Source: an uncultured Gemmatimonadaceae bacterium
GTDB taxonomy: Bacteria; Gemmatimonadota; Gemmatimonadetes; Gemmatimonadales; Gemmatimonadaceae
NCBI GenBank assembly: GCA_963817955.1
Contig: CAWFQK010000002.1
Span: 576,001 to 640,000 of the forward strand
Direction: 5' to 3'
DNA length: 64,000 nucleotides
In this document: in pieces, positions 20,616-30,054 of the stretch
How the letters are laid out: every line of letters starts with the position of its first letter
Numbering within the stretch: position 1 is the stretch's first letter
Notes under the pieces: generated by a model
The model's database searches: none
What the model was told of the DNA's origin: nothing
Seen by the model: only the letters and a program-made list of their open reading frames with translations
Made by a program: the position numbers and the translations under genes

Positions 20616-21254
20616 TCAGCCCCCGAACTGCATGTGTACGAAATCGTACGGTGCCCAGGGGCCGGTGACATCGAAGCGCAACATCTTATGCGCTTCGCGC
20701 TGTTCGGCGACCGCGGCGAGGAACTCCTTCCAGTGATCGCGTTCGACGAGGAACGCCGTACTGAGGGTCAAACCGGTCACCTGCTCGATACGGAGTGGCA
20801 CGCTGCCGACCGCATGGCGCCGCATCGCACGGAACGCCTCGGTGGCGGCGGCGGCGAGATCCGATCCCGATTCCAGTTCGCCGTGGCGGCCGTCGTTCCG
20901 CACCACGTGCACGCGCGCTGCCATGCGATCCTCGATGAATTCCAATGCCCCTGAGAGCGATACGTAGTGCAGCTCCATCCAGTGCTTCAGCACGTCCGGC
21001 GCGCGGAACATCACACCAACCGGCGCCGGCAGCACCGCCGCGCGCCGGAATGCCGCATCGACAATTGCCTGGCTCTCCGCGATATGCTGCGCGGGTTCGT
21101 CAAGCGAGAAGTTCTTCTGCTCAGTGACGATCGCGGCCAGATCGCGAAAAGGAATGAACGACGTCGAAATCGCCGAATCGCTCCCGTCCCCCTGCTCCGC
21201 GGGCGTCTCGTGACGGGCGTCAGCGACGGTAATGGCGTGCAGTCGGAGCGGCAT
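20616..21254 (-). CDS. GvpL/GvpF-family protein
   Basis: DLAAIV, VLPAPVGVMF, C-terminal TGPWAPYDFV. Confidence 0.75.
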   Translation of the reverse strand: MPLRLHAITVADARHETPAEQGDGSDSAISTSFIPFRDLAAIVTEQKNFSLDEPAQHIAESQAIVDAAFRRAAVLPAPVGVMFRAPDVLKHWMELHYVSLSGALEFIEDRMAARVHVVRNDGRHGELESGSDLAAAATEAFRAMRRHAVGSVPLRIEQVTGLTLSTAFLVERDHWKEFLAAVAEQREAHKMLRFDVTGPWAPYDFVHMQFGG

Positions 21255-21427
21255 TCAGACGAGGGTTTCCGGAAACGGAAAAGGACGGGACGGACCATGG
21301 CGATGCCCGGGTTCAGGCTGGGCATCCATCAAAACTGCATCCAGGTGACCCAAAAGGGGAATGTCTGGGCGTTTATACCCCCGCATTCCGCGGATCCGGG
21401 CGAGCGGACACATCGGGAGCCCGGCCT

Positions 21428-22354
21428 TCATTCCAGGGCCTGCATATGCCTCACGCACGCCACACCCAGCCGCTGCGGCACATAACCGCCTTCGAGCGCG
21501 CTGACGACCCGTCCGCCGCACCACGTCTCCGCGTGATCCACGACAAAGCGTGTCAGCTGCTGGATGTGCTCGTACTCCAGGGTGAACGCCCCGAGTGGGT
21601 CGCCGCTGAGTGAGTCGAACCCGGCCGAGATGAGCACGAGGTCCGGCACGAAGCCCACAGTGGCCGCGTCGATCGCCGACTGGAGCGCGTCAACGTACAC
21701 CGCGGGCGCGAGTGCCGCCCGCATCGGCACGTTCCATATGGTGTCGTGCGGTCCCCGATCATCGGCGGCGCCCGTGCCCGGATACCATGGCCACTGATGC
21801 ATCGACACGAAGTGGATGCCGCGATCCTGCTCCACCAGTGCTTGCGTGCCGTTGCCGTGGTGGACATCCCAGTCCACGATGAGCACGCGTTCCATGCCGC
21901 GCACGCGCCGGGCATAGTGCGCGCCGAGGGCAACATTGCCGAATACGCAGAAGCCCATCGCGGCCGCATGGAGCGCATGGTGCCCCGGCGGGCGCACGGC
22001 ACAGAAGCTCCGTCGCGGTCCATCGGCGCAGGCGAAATCGATTCCGTCGAGTACGGCGCCCGCCGCGGCGGTCGCTGCGTCCCAGGACCCTTCGCTCACC
22101 ACCGTGTCGGGGTCGAGACGTCCGCCTCCGGCGGCGACCAGCGCGCGGACCTGCTCGATGTATTGGCGATCGTGCGCCAGCGCGAGTTCGTCCGCAGACG
22201 CATGCCGCGCATCGACATGACGAATCCGGCGGAACAGGTCCGCTTCTTCGCGCAATGCCGACGGAATGGCGCGGAGCCGACCGACGTGCTCGGGATGATT
22301 CCAGCCCGTGTCATGTCGGCCGCAGTCGGAGCTCGAGATCAACGCGATCGTCAC
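21428..22354 (-). CDS. Histone deacetylase / acetylpolyamine amidohydrolase family protein
   Basis: HPE, RPPGHHA, GFC, DWDVHHGNGTQ, SAGFD, LEGGY; GTGA coupling. Confidence 0.93.
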   Translation of the reverse strand: MTIALISSSDCGRHDTGWNHPEHVGRLRAIPSALREEADLFRRIRHVDARHASADELALAHDRQYIEQVRALVAAGGGRLDPDTVVSEGSWDAATAAAGAVLDGIDFACADGPRRSFCAVRPPGHHALHAAAMGFCVFGNVALGAHYARRVRGMERVLIVDWDVHHGNGTQALVEQDRGIHFVSMHQWPWYPGTGAADDRGPHDTIWNVPMRAALAPAVYVDALQSAIDAATVGFVPDLVLISAGFDSLSGDPLGAFTLEYEHIQQLTRFVVDHAETWCGGRVVSALEGGYVPQRLGVACVRHMQALE

Positions 22355-23625
22355 TTGAGTCCGCGCAACCTGCGCGACGACCACTCGGCCAATAACAATA
22401 CCATAATGAGCAGCAGTAGAATACGCCTATCCAGCGGAGCGCGGCTTTCCAGGTCCACGCCCGCCGGCACCGGGGCGCCGAGTCTCGCGAACAGGTAGGC
22501 ACGCGGAGCGCTTGCGAACATGGGGGTCGGGGCCAGCGCTGTAGTGGGAACATAGGCCACCGAACCGACGACGCGAGCCCACCAGTCGCGATGCGCGCGC
22601 TCGGAGCTCACTCCACCGGCCATGCGCCAGCGCCAGCTGTCGTCGTAGCCCACCTGGAGCACGCGTCCCGCCGCCACCCGGCGCGCCGCGATTACCACGC
22701 CATCGACGCGGCGCTCGAGCGCCACGCCATCGGCGGTCAGCGCGCGTACGGGATAGAAGCCAGTGGCGCCAAGCCCGATCGTATCCTTCGGAACGACCAC
22801 GGGCCGTACACGCGCGCCAAGCACTCCCGGCGCAAGAGTCGCCACGGACGGCGCGAGGCTCGACGGACCGGCGAGCACGAGCCCTCCGCCCGATCGGACG
22901 AAGCGCTCCAGCTGTGGACCGAGCGATTGCACGGCGGAATCGACAGCAATCACCGCGGCGACACGGCTGGTGTCGAGCACGATTGGACCACCTTGCGATA
23001 CCTGCACGTTCGGCGCGACAGCAAAGCGCGCGATCACCGGCCAACCGCGCTCCTCGAGGGCTGCGACGATGAACTTCCCTTCCCAGCTCGCATCGCCGAT
23101 CACGACGATCGATCGGAGGTGCGCCGAGTCGGGCGCGAGCACCGAGAGCTGTTGCGCACCGGCCGTGGCACCAATCGCACCGATTGCCAGCGGGAGGGTG
23201 GCCGTCGCGCCGAGCCCACTCACACGCGCCGTGTCGATGATACCTCCTTCGTCGCGCAGCACCACCGCAGAGCCCGAAGGAGCCGCGAGGTCGACACGGA
23301 CACCGCCGCTCGGATCTGGTATCGGCTCGACGGTCATCGCTACGGCTGGCGGCGAACCGCTCCACACTACCGTGTGACCGCCGTGCCGCAACGCCGCAAG
23401 CCAATCGATTGCCCACGTTGGCGGCGCGGCGGCGACATCGACACGGAATGACGTCGCATGGGCATCACGGGTCCAGGCCGCGAGGCGCGTGAGCAGATCG
23501 AGATCGGTCGCGCGTTCCCATCGGCGGGTCCCGGTCACCATGAGGCTGCCGCCCAGTAACCACCCGAGCAGGGCGAATGCGCCGACGCGGCATGCCGTCT
23601 CGAAACGCCTACGCCGTGAGCGCAT
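22351..23625 (-). CDS. Membrane-anchored hypothetical protein of the MoxR/BatA cluster (GATase-like region)
   Basis: N- and C-terminal TM, FVRSGGGLV, SWRWRM, LLAEWSSRR. Confidence 0.7.
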   Translation of the reverse strand: MRSRRRRFETACRVGAFALLGWLLGGSLMVTGTRRWERATDLDLLTRLAAWTRDAHATSFRVDVAAAPPTWAIDWLAALRHGGHTVVWSGSPPAVAMTVEPIPDPSGGVRVDLAAPSGSAVVLRDEGGIIDTARVSGLGATATLPLAIGAIGATAGAQQLSVLAPDSAHLRSIVVIGDASWEGKFIVAALEERGWPVIARFAVAPNVQVSQGGPIVLDTSRVAAVIAVDSAVQSLGPQLERFVRSGGGLVLAGPSSLAPSVATLAPGVLGARVRPVVVPKDTIGLGATGFYPVRALTADGVALERRVDGVVIAARRVAAGRVLQVGYDDSWRWRMAGGVSSERAHRDWWARVVGSVAYVPTTALAPTPMFASAPRAYLFARLGAPVPAGVDLESRAPLDRRILLLLIMVLLLAEWSSRRLRGLK

Positions 23626-24220
23626 ACACCACCAGGTTCACGGCGAAGCGCGTGTTATCCACCGACAGAAAGCGTTTGTTGTCGGGATGGTAGTTCCACT
23701 CGGAGCTGTAATCCTTGCTGCTGTACAACACCGCAATGCGGCCGTTGCGCTGCACAGCGAGCAGATGCTTGTGCACCAGGTTGTCGCCCCATCCGTTGAG
23801 CTCGTGGCTGGTCGTAGGTGGACCGTCGAACTTGAAGAACGCGGAATACAGGGGGTGATCGTTTGGCAACTCGGCGAGCGGCCCAACCGTGCGGCCGATC
23901 TCCTCGGTCGCCGTCTTGTGGAACGTGCCATCGATATCGTGGTTATGATCGTCGACGAACAACAATCCGCCGCGCTCGACGAACCGCCGCACGTTGGCGC
24001 GCTCGGCCTCGTTGAATCGCACGGGAAGATGGCCGGTCAGATAGAGCAGCGGGTAGCGCAACATGTGCACGTCGCCGAGTGGCACGATCACACCGGTGGG
24101 CGCAACCCGGATCTCCGTGTAGCGCACGATGGTGTCGATGATGTTCGGCGGAACGAGCGGCGCACTATCCCAGTCCCCGGAGTCGTACTGCGCCGTGGCG
24201 AAGACGAATTCGGCGCTCAT
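23609..24220 (-). CDS. DUF4159-like protein
   Basis: YDSGDWD, YPLLYLTGH, RFVERGGLLFVDD, NLVVYAL; typical MoxR-cluster context. Confidence 0.8.
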   Translation of the reverse strand: MSAEFVFATAQYDSGDWDSAPLVPPNIIDTIVRYTEIRVAPTGVIVPLGDVHMLRYPLLYLTGHLPVRFNEAERANVRRFVERGGLLFVDDHNHDIDGTFHKTATEEIGRTVGPLAELPNDHPLYSAFFKFDGPPTTSHELNGWGDNLVHKHLLAVQRNGRIAVLYSSKDYSSEWNYHPDNKRFLSVDNTRFAVNLVVYALTA

Positions 24221-26262
24221 GGAACAAATCTCCAACGCGTGAGCGAATCGCGCACGATGGGTACGCCGGACAGGAGACGCCGCGCGCGCGCCAGTGCCGC
24301 GTCTGCTGCATCGCTCCGGCCGCGACGCATGGCGGTCACCGCGTCATCGAGCGCGGCAGCGAATACCGGAGCGTCGTTCAACGCGTCGATGCGCAACAGC
24401 AGGAGCGAATCGACAGCCGCCGCGGGATCACGACGCGATGCGTCGACGATGCGCGAAAACCGCTCCATGCGCCGCCGAACCGCCGTGTCGCCCGATGTGA
24501 GGACGCGCCGCGTGCTCGAGACTCCCTTGTCCTTTCCTTTGAGTCGCGCCCGCTCGATGTCGATCACCACGATAGGCGGAGCGCCGCGCAGATACACGCG
24601 TTCAGCCTGGCGCGCGCGCTGGATAGCGGCGAGCGCAAGGCGCATGTGTGGCAGTGCGCGGCCCGGCTCACCGACTTCCAGTTCCGTGCTCGCATTCCAC
24701 ATCGCGTTGTAGGCCTCGAGCAATGGCTTGTTGGTCGAGACTACGGGACTCTCGCCCTCCGCGAAATCGATCGGATCGGTCGAGCGATTGGTCGCCGAGT
24801 CGGCGCGCGCGAGCATCTCCTCCATGGAGCGGGCGCGAGCCGGCGCGTTCTCATCGGTGTGTTCCTCGCCGCTCGGCGTTCCGCCGAGCCGCATGAACAC
24901 CAGGTCGCCGACGCCGCGCCGCAGCCGCTTCTGCTCAGACGCGATGCCCCGCGACTCCTGCACCAATGTGTCGCGCCGCAGTGATGACCGTTTCTTCTCC
25001 AGCGCCTCGGCGAGCATGATCAGCATGCGTTCACTGATCATGCTCTTGTCTGCCTCGGATGGCGCCGCCGCTTCCACCGCGACCGAGTCGTACTCGCCGG
25101 CGCGGGCAATGCGAATGGCCCGCGTCTCCGACACGCCCGTCCCCGGGCCGGATACTGTGTTGGCATCGCGCGCCACCGCCCGAAGGTGGACGATGTCTCC
25201 TGGTTTCAGCCCGAGCGAATCGAGCGAGAGCGACGCAGACATCGACGCGCGCCGCACGTTCGGCGGCACACTGCCGATCGTTCCCGATTTGAACGTGAAG
25301 TTCTCGCCCTCGCCGGAGCTCACGATGTACTCGAAATTGGCGGTCGCAATGCCGAAGTCGTCCGTCGCATCAGCGGCAAGTGCGATACGGCCGCGCGGCG
25401 CGCGCAACACCGAGTCGTGCGCCGGCGCCTCGAGCGTGACGATCGGTGGATTGTCGGCGAGCGGTTCCAGAGCCACGATTCGCTCGTGACCACCGTCCAC
25501 GAGCCGAATGGCCAGCGGGCGCTCCGGCACTCGCAACGTGATCGACCATCGGTCGTTCTCGCCGGTTGCACGCACGCTGTCGATGCCGATCTGCGCGGTG
25601 ATCCCCGCCGCGGCGCCGCGCCCGGTGAGCATGAGTGTGCCGCCGACGAGCGCACGCACGTCCGTGGGCTCGTCGGTTCTCGTGCGCGGCTCGCCGGAAT
25701 ACGCTGGTGGCGTCACCTCGGCGACGAGTGGAGTCAGTCGGCTCTCCGATGTGCCGCGCGGGCGATTGCGCTCGAGCGAATCCCCGGCATGGGGCGCGCG
25801 CACACGAGCCACCGCGCCGGCGGGAAGCAATACGACCATGAGCCATGCTGCGACGATGATCAGCGCAGGTGCGCCGATGACGCGTGCCGCACCACGAACC
25901 GCCACCTTCCCCCATGACGCAGCATCGACGCGGCGCAGGAGCCCATCGTTACCCGTCTCCACCGCCGTCACCAGGCGATACTCGAGCTGGGGGTGATGCT
26001 CTTCGATCCAGAGGGCAACGCGAGCGAGGGACAGCGCGCCGCGATCTCGCCAGGCGAGGGCAACAGCCGTAGCGCCCGCGCCGCCGACCGCCACGGAGAG
26101 CATCGCGCTTCGAGCAGCGAGCGACAACGGCGTGAAGGCGTCGGCGCCGGCAGTGAGCGCCAAGACGGACAGCATCGCCACGGCACCCCACGCGAGTGCA
26201 CGCAGCAACGCTGCCGCGACAAGCGTCGCCCGCACGAATTTGAGCCGCCCCAAGGCGTTCAT
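24217..26262 (-). CDS. DUF4175-like membrane protein
   Basis: N-terminal TMs, LVTAVE, PPAYSG, DNPP, DDFGI, helical C-terminus. Confidence 0.7.
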   Translation of the reverse strand: MNALGRLKFVRATLVAAALLRALAWGAVAMLSVLALTAGADAFTPLSLAARSAMLSVAVGGAGATAVALAWRDRGALSLARVALWIEEHHPQLEYRLVTAVETGNDGLLRRVDAASWGKVAVRGAARVIGAPALIIVAAWLMVVLLPAGAVARVRAPHAGDSLERNRPRGTSESRLTPLVAEVTPPAYSGEPRTRTDEPTDVRALVGGTLMLTGRGAAAGITAQIGIDSVRATGENDRWSITLRVPERPLAIRLVDGGHERIVALEPLADNPPIVTLEAPAHDSVLRAPRGRIALAADATDDFGIATANFEYIVSSGEGENFTFKSGTIGSVPPNVRRASMSASLSLDSLGLKPGDIVHLRAVARDANTVSGPGTGVSETRAIRIARAGEYDSVAVEAAAPSEADKSMISERMLIMLAEALEKKRSSLRRDTLVQESRGIASEQKRLRRGVGDLVFMRLGGTPSGEEHTDENAPARARSMEEMLARADSATNRSTDPIDFAEGESPVVSTNKPLLEAYNAMWNASTELEVGEPGRALPHMRLALAAIQRARQAERVYLRGAPPIVVIDIERARLKGKDKGVSSTRRVLTSGDTAVRRRMERFSRIVDASRRDPAAAVDSLLLLRIDALNDAPVFAAALDDAVTAMRRGRSDAADAALARARRLLSGVPIVRDSLTRWRFVP

Positions 26263-27521
26263 CGGGGACGTGTCTCCGTACGGCGGATCACCAGCTCGAT
26301 GATGAGGAGCACGGCACCCAGTGCGAGAAGCCACGGCGTCCATCGCGACGACTCACCCGCTCGATGGTGCAACGCAATCGACGCCGCGAGTGGGCCACTG
26401 CCGGCAAGCGACAGGATGGCGGCACGCCCGATCGGCGCCGAGACGCGTGCACCGCCGCAGGGGACGAGCAGCGACGCCGCGAACTGCCGGAAGGACGCGT
26501 GAAGGGTGACGTCGCTGGACTGATCGATCAGCACCCCAACGTCGCGGATGCAACCGCGTCCCAACGGACGTTCGACCGCGGCCGCTTCACCATCAACCCA
26601 ATGGGCGATCGACTGCCCCTGGAGGACCCAGAGGCGCGGAAAGCGCGCCACGAGCGTGCCCGTGGGCGAGGTAACGCCGCCGATCGCATCGATGTTCGTA
26701 CGCGCCAGCCATCGCGCCGAGCTGTCGTTCTCGGGCCAGTGAAGGAGCACGCGTCCACTGTCGCGCGCAATGGCACTGTCTGCCGCGCTGACGTGCCCGC
26801 GCACGAGCCGGACGTTCCCCACCTTGGCCATGACGCCGGCGAGAGAGAGGCCCGCGACGACCGCATCATTTGTCGATGCCGCGGACTCAACGCGCGGCAT
26901 GATCGGGCGCGCCGGGGTCGCCGCGACCGGCACCAGTCGAATTCGTCCGGGCCACGCCGAACGAATGCGATCGGTCGCGCTATCGATCTCCTCACGGGCG
27001 AACGGTGAGACCACGATGAGCTCCACCGAATCGCTGCGCGCCGACGCACCGGACGCCGCTTCGATACCCGCCGCGAGCATGGCCGACATCGAGCCGTGTG
27101 CCGAGTTCACCGAGAGCGATTCGAGTGACGCTGCGGTGGTCATCACGCCAATACTGTCCACCACGATGACCGTCGCACCGCCACCCACCAACGTGCGAAC
27201 GCTGTCGCCCAACTCTGTCGCGCTCGCCACGGCACGCGAACGGTCGATGACGAGCACGCGCGCCACCCGTCCCCGCGACGCGAACACGGGCGCCGCAACC
27301 GCCAGACCGAGTGCCAGGATGGCGGCAATGCGGACGCACAGCAGCAGCAGATCGCGCAGTGCGAAGGACCGGGTGCGGGCGTGTACCGGTCGTGCGGGAA
27401 TGAAGCGCGCCGTTGGAAACGGCTCGGCAAGCGGACGACTGCGCGCAATGAAGTGCAGCGCGAACGCCGCCAGCACCGCGATCCCGGCAACGGCCAGCGC
27501 CGACGGCAGGAGCCAGGTCAT
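26259..27521 (-). CDS. BatA-domain / degenerate VWA membrane protein
   Basis: LHFIAR..FPTARF..LLLLCVR..AAP N-terminus, VIDRSRA, C-terminal TM. Confidence 0.75.
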   Translation of the reverse strand: MTWLLPSALAVAGIAVLAAFALHFIARSRPLAEPFPTARFIPARPVHARTRSFALRDLLLLCVRIAAILALGLAVAAPVFASRGRVARVLVIDRSRAVASATELGDSVRTLVGGGATVIVVDSIGVMTTAASLESLSVNSAHGSMSAMLAAGIEAASGASARSDSVELIVVSPFAREEIDSATDRIRSAWPGRIRLVPVAATPARPIMPRVESAASTNDAVVAGLSLAGVMAKVGNVRLVRGHVSAADSAIARDSGRVLLHWPENDSSARWLARTNIDAIGGVTSPTGTLVARFPRLWVLQGQSIAHWVDGEAAAVERPLGRGCIRDVGVLIDQSSDVTLHASFRQFAASLLVPCGGARVSAPIGRAAILSLAGSGPLAASIALHHRAGESSRWTPWLLALGAVLLIIELVIRRTETRPR

Positions 27522-28396
27522 GCGCGGTGCGTCCCCGACAGCTGCGACTTGGCGATACGCCGCACGGCATGCGCCGCTGGCTCGTCGGTCACCACCTCGA
27601 CGAACGACGCACCGGCCGCACGCCAAGCGCGCGCCATCTCGGCGCGCCAATCGCCGAACGTGTTCGTGTAGTCGCGACGCGACGACTCGACGAGCAACCG
27701 CTGCACCGACGGATTCTCGGGATCGGCGGCGAGCAGCGCACGGCGCGGCGGATCCAGCTCTTCCCGGGCGACGATGTGCACGACATACACCTCCCGACCG
27801 GCGACGATGCGGACGCGCGCCGCGCGGAGGAGCGCCTCCGCGTCTCCCAGAAGGTCAGTGATGATCACGATCCGATCGCTTCGCGTGGCGGCGAGCGCCG
27901 GAGCCAGCTGCATGGTCGAGTCGGGGACCGTATCGGCGACGACGCGCACGATTTCGTTCACCACGCCTCGACGCGTCCGCGGCGGGAGAACACGGAGCTG
28001 CTCGCGATCATCGTGCACGGCGAGACCAATCGGATCACCGTCGCTGTGCACCACTGCGGCAAGACCAATGGCGATCTGCTGCGCCCGCTGCCACTTGTCG
28101 CGCGTGCTCGCCGGGAAGGCCATCGATGCCGATGCGTCGAGCACAATGGTGGTCGGAAGAATGGCGCGATCGGTGGCAAGCCGGATGTAGGCGCGATCGC
28201 TGCGCGCCAGTAAGCGCCAGTCGATGCGGCGCGGGTCGTCGCCCTGCCGGTAGCGGCGGTATTCGGTGAACTCCGCCGACGTGCCGCGCTGCCGGCTGTG
28301 ATGCGTGCCGGCAAGCGCGCCGCTGACGGCACGGCGGGCCTGCCAGTGCACGCCTCGCACGGCATCGAGGAGCGCGCCGTACGACGAGTCCGACAT
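27518..28396 (-). CDS. DUF58 VWA-like protein
   Basis: EFTEYRRYRQGDDPRRIDW, LDASASM, ITD. Confidence 0.92.
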   Translation of the reverse strand: MSDSSYGALLDAVRGVHWQARRAVSGALAGTHHSRQRGTSAEFTEYRRYRQGDDPRRIDWRLLARSDRAYIRLATDRAILPTTIVLDASASMAFPASTRDKWQRAQQIAIGLAAVVHSDGDPIGLAVHDDREQLRVLPPRTRRGVVNEIVRVVADTVPDSTMQLAPALAATRSDRIVIITDLLGDAEALLRAARVRIVAGREVYVVHIVAREELDPPRRALLAADPENPSVQRLLVESSRRDYTNTFGDWRAEMARAWRAAGASFVEVVTDEPAAHAVRRIAKSQLSGTHRA

Positions 28397-28397
28397 G

Positions 28398-29411
28398 TCA
28401 GACGTGAATGTCGCTGCGCGGAGGCTCGATGCGGGCGAGCAGATCCTCGATGATCCGCTCCACACTCACTCCCTCCGCCTCCGCGGCGAAGTTGGGCAGC
28501 ACGCGGTGGCGCAGCACCGGATGCGCCACGCGCTTGATGTCATTCGGTGATATGGCCATGCGGCCGGCGAGCAGCGCATGCGCCTTCGCGCCGAGAATCA
28601 GCGACTGACCAGCGCGCGGCCCGGCGCCCCAGCGCACGTACCGGTTCACCAGCTCGGGTGCGCGTTCGCCATCCGGCCGGGTGGCACGCACGAGATTCGC
28701 CGCGTACCGCAGCACCACGTCGGCCGCCGCGACTTCGCGCGTGAGCCGCTGCAGCTCCATCAGCTCTGCGGCGCCAAGAATCGCGCCGAGGCTCTCAGTT
28801 GTTGAGCCCGTGGTGCTCCGCAGGATCGCGATTTCCTCGTCTTCCTTCGGATACGCGACGCGAATATCGAACAGGAACCGATCCAACTGCGCTTCGGGCA
28901 GCGGATACGTGCCCTCCTGCTCGATGGGATTCTGCGTCGCGAGCACGAAGAATGGTTCAGGCAGGGGCATCGTTTGACCGCTGGCGGTCACACTATGCTC
29001 CTGCATCGCTTCGAGCAATGCGGCCTGCGTGCGCGGCGGGGCACGATTGATCTCGTCGGCGAGGACGATGTTGGCGAACACCGGGCCGCGCACGTAACGG
29101 AAACTGCGCGCCCCCGTCGCCGAGTCTTCCTCGAGGATCTCGGTACCGGTAATGTCGCTGGGCACGAGGTCGGGCGTGAACTGGATGCGCCGGAAGTCCA
29201 GGTGCACCGCTTCGGCGAGCGATCGCACCATGAGCGTTTTGGCGAGACCGGGAACGCCGACGAGCAGCGCATGCCCTCCGGCGATCAGTGACATCAGAAT
29301 CTCGTCCAACACGTGCTCCTGCCCCACGATGCGTCGTTGCACCTCGGCGCGCAGGCGTGCCGCCGCCGCGATGAGCTCTTCCCGGCCCTCGACGGGCGGT
29401 GCGATCGTCAT
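28398..29411 (-). CDS. moxR: MoxR-family AAA+ ATPase
   Basis: GVPGLAKT, RIQFTPDL, DEINR, ATQNPIEQEGTYPLPEAQLDRF. Confidence 0.95.
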   Translation of the reverse strand: MTIAPPVEGREELIAAAARLRAEVQRRIVGQEHVLDEILMSLIAGGHALLVGVPGLAKTLMVRSLAEAVHLDFRRIQFTPDLVPSDITGTEILEEDSATGARSFRYVRGPVFANIVLADEINRAPPRTQAALLEAMQEHSVTASGQTMPLPEPFFVLATQNPIEQEGTYPLPEAQLDRFLFDIRVAYPKEDEEIAILRSTTGSTTESLGAILGAAELMELQRLTREVAAADVVLRYAANLVRATRPDGERAPELVNRYVRWGAGPRAGQSLILGAKAHALLAGRMAISPNDIKRVAHPVLRHRVLPNFAAEAEGVSVERIIEDLLARIEPPRSDIHV

Positions 29412-29440
29412 GGAGGCGCCGGTCGCCGCGCGGATCGCTG

Positions 29441-29767
29441 TCAGCGAACCGGCCGGCGACGGCGATGCGTCAGCAGCAGGATGGATCCATCGATGACGCC
29501 GGCGTCGGTCAGTGACGCGCTCTCGTCGAGGATCTCCCATCCGCGCAGCTTGAGCACGAAGTCAGAGGGGAGCTGCGCTTCCGGGAAGAGTGCCTCGAGC
29601 GCGCGCAGCTTCACGGCCAGCACCGGCTGCGCGGGATCGACGACCAGGGCGACGACGTCCCAGACGTCGGGCATCTCAACGCGAATCGTGATCGCCTTGG
29701 CGCCTTCCGGCGCCAGCCGGATCACTGCCGGCCGCGAGCGCAGCTGAGTAACGAACGGCGAGCTCAT
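29441..29767 (-). CDS. Ubiquitin-like (beta-grasp, YukD/EsaB-like) protein, 108 aa
   Basis: V.VK...., FVLKLRGWEILDESASLTDAGVIDGSILLL resembles the ubiquitin-fold C-terminal pattern; ATGA coupling. Confidence 0.65.
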   Translation of the reverse strand: MSSPFVTQLRSRPAVIRLAPEGAKAITIRVEMPDVWDVVALVVDPAQPVLAVKLRALEALFPEAQLPSDFVLKLRGWEILDESASLTDAGVIDGSILLLTHRRRRPVR

Positions 29768-30054
29768 GGCATGCTCATTGGCGCGAGCGTAGCGAAGAAG
29801 CGCGCGACCTGCATGTCGAACAGATAGCTCGACCCGGTCACGCGCGTGCCCGTGCCATTCGCCGCGGCGGACACGCCAATAACGATCTCCTCGCCGCCCT
29901 GGCCGCGGAACGAGCAGAAGCCAGGGCCTTGTTTGTCGATGAAGGTCGCGTAGATCGACGGACGATTCACGAAGAACGACTTGGCGCGCGACAGCACGTC
30001 TTCGGCGCTCACGTTGGTCGTGGTTTCCTGGAGGGTTCGCTGCGACGTACTCAT
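29764..30054 (-). CDS. Hypothetical 96-aa alpha/beta protein
   Basis: ATGA coupling on both sides. Confidence 0.75.
   Translation of the reverse strand: MSTSQRTLQETTTNVSAEDVLSRAKSFFVNRPSIYATFIDKQGPGFCSFRGQGGEEIVIGVSAAANGTGTRVTGSSYLFDMQVARFFATLAPMSMP

Noticed and set aside
20616..21254. Gas vesicle gene cluster
   Set aside because: Only one GvpL/F-like gene; no gvpA/J/N/K in the window
29441..29767. Type VII secretion or ubiquitin conjugation system
   Set aside because: No WXG100, EssC, E1, E2 or JAB genes in the window and no C-terminal GG
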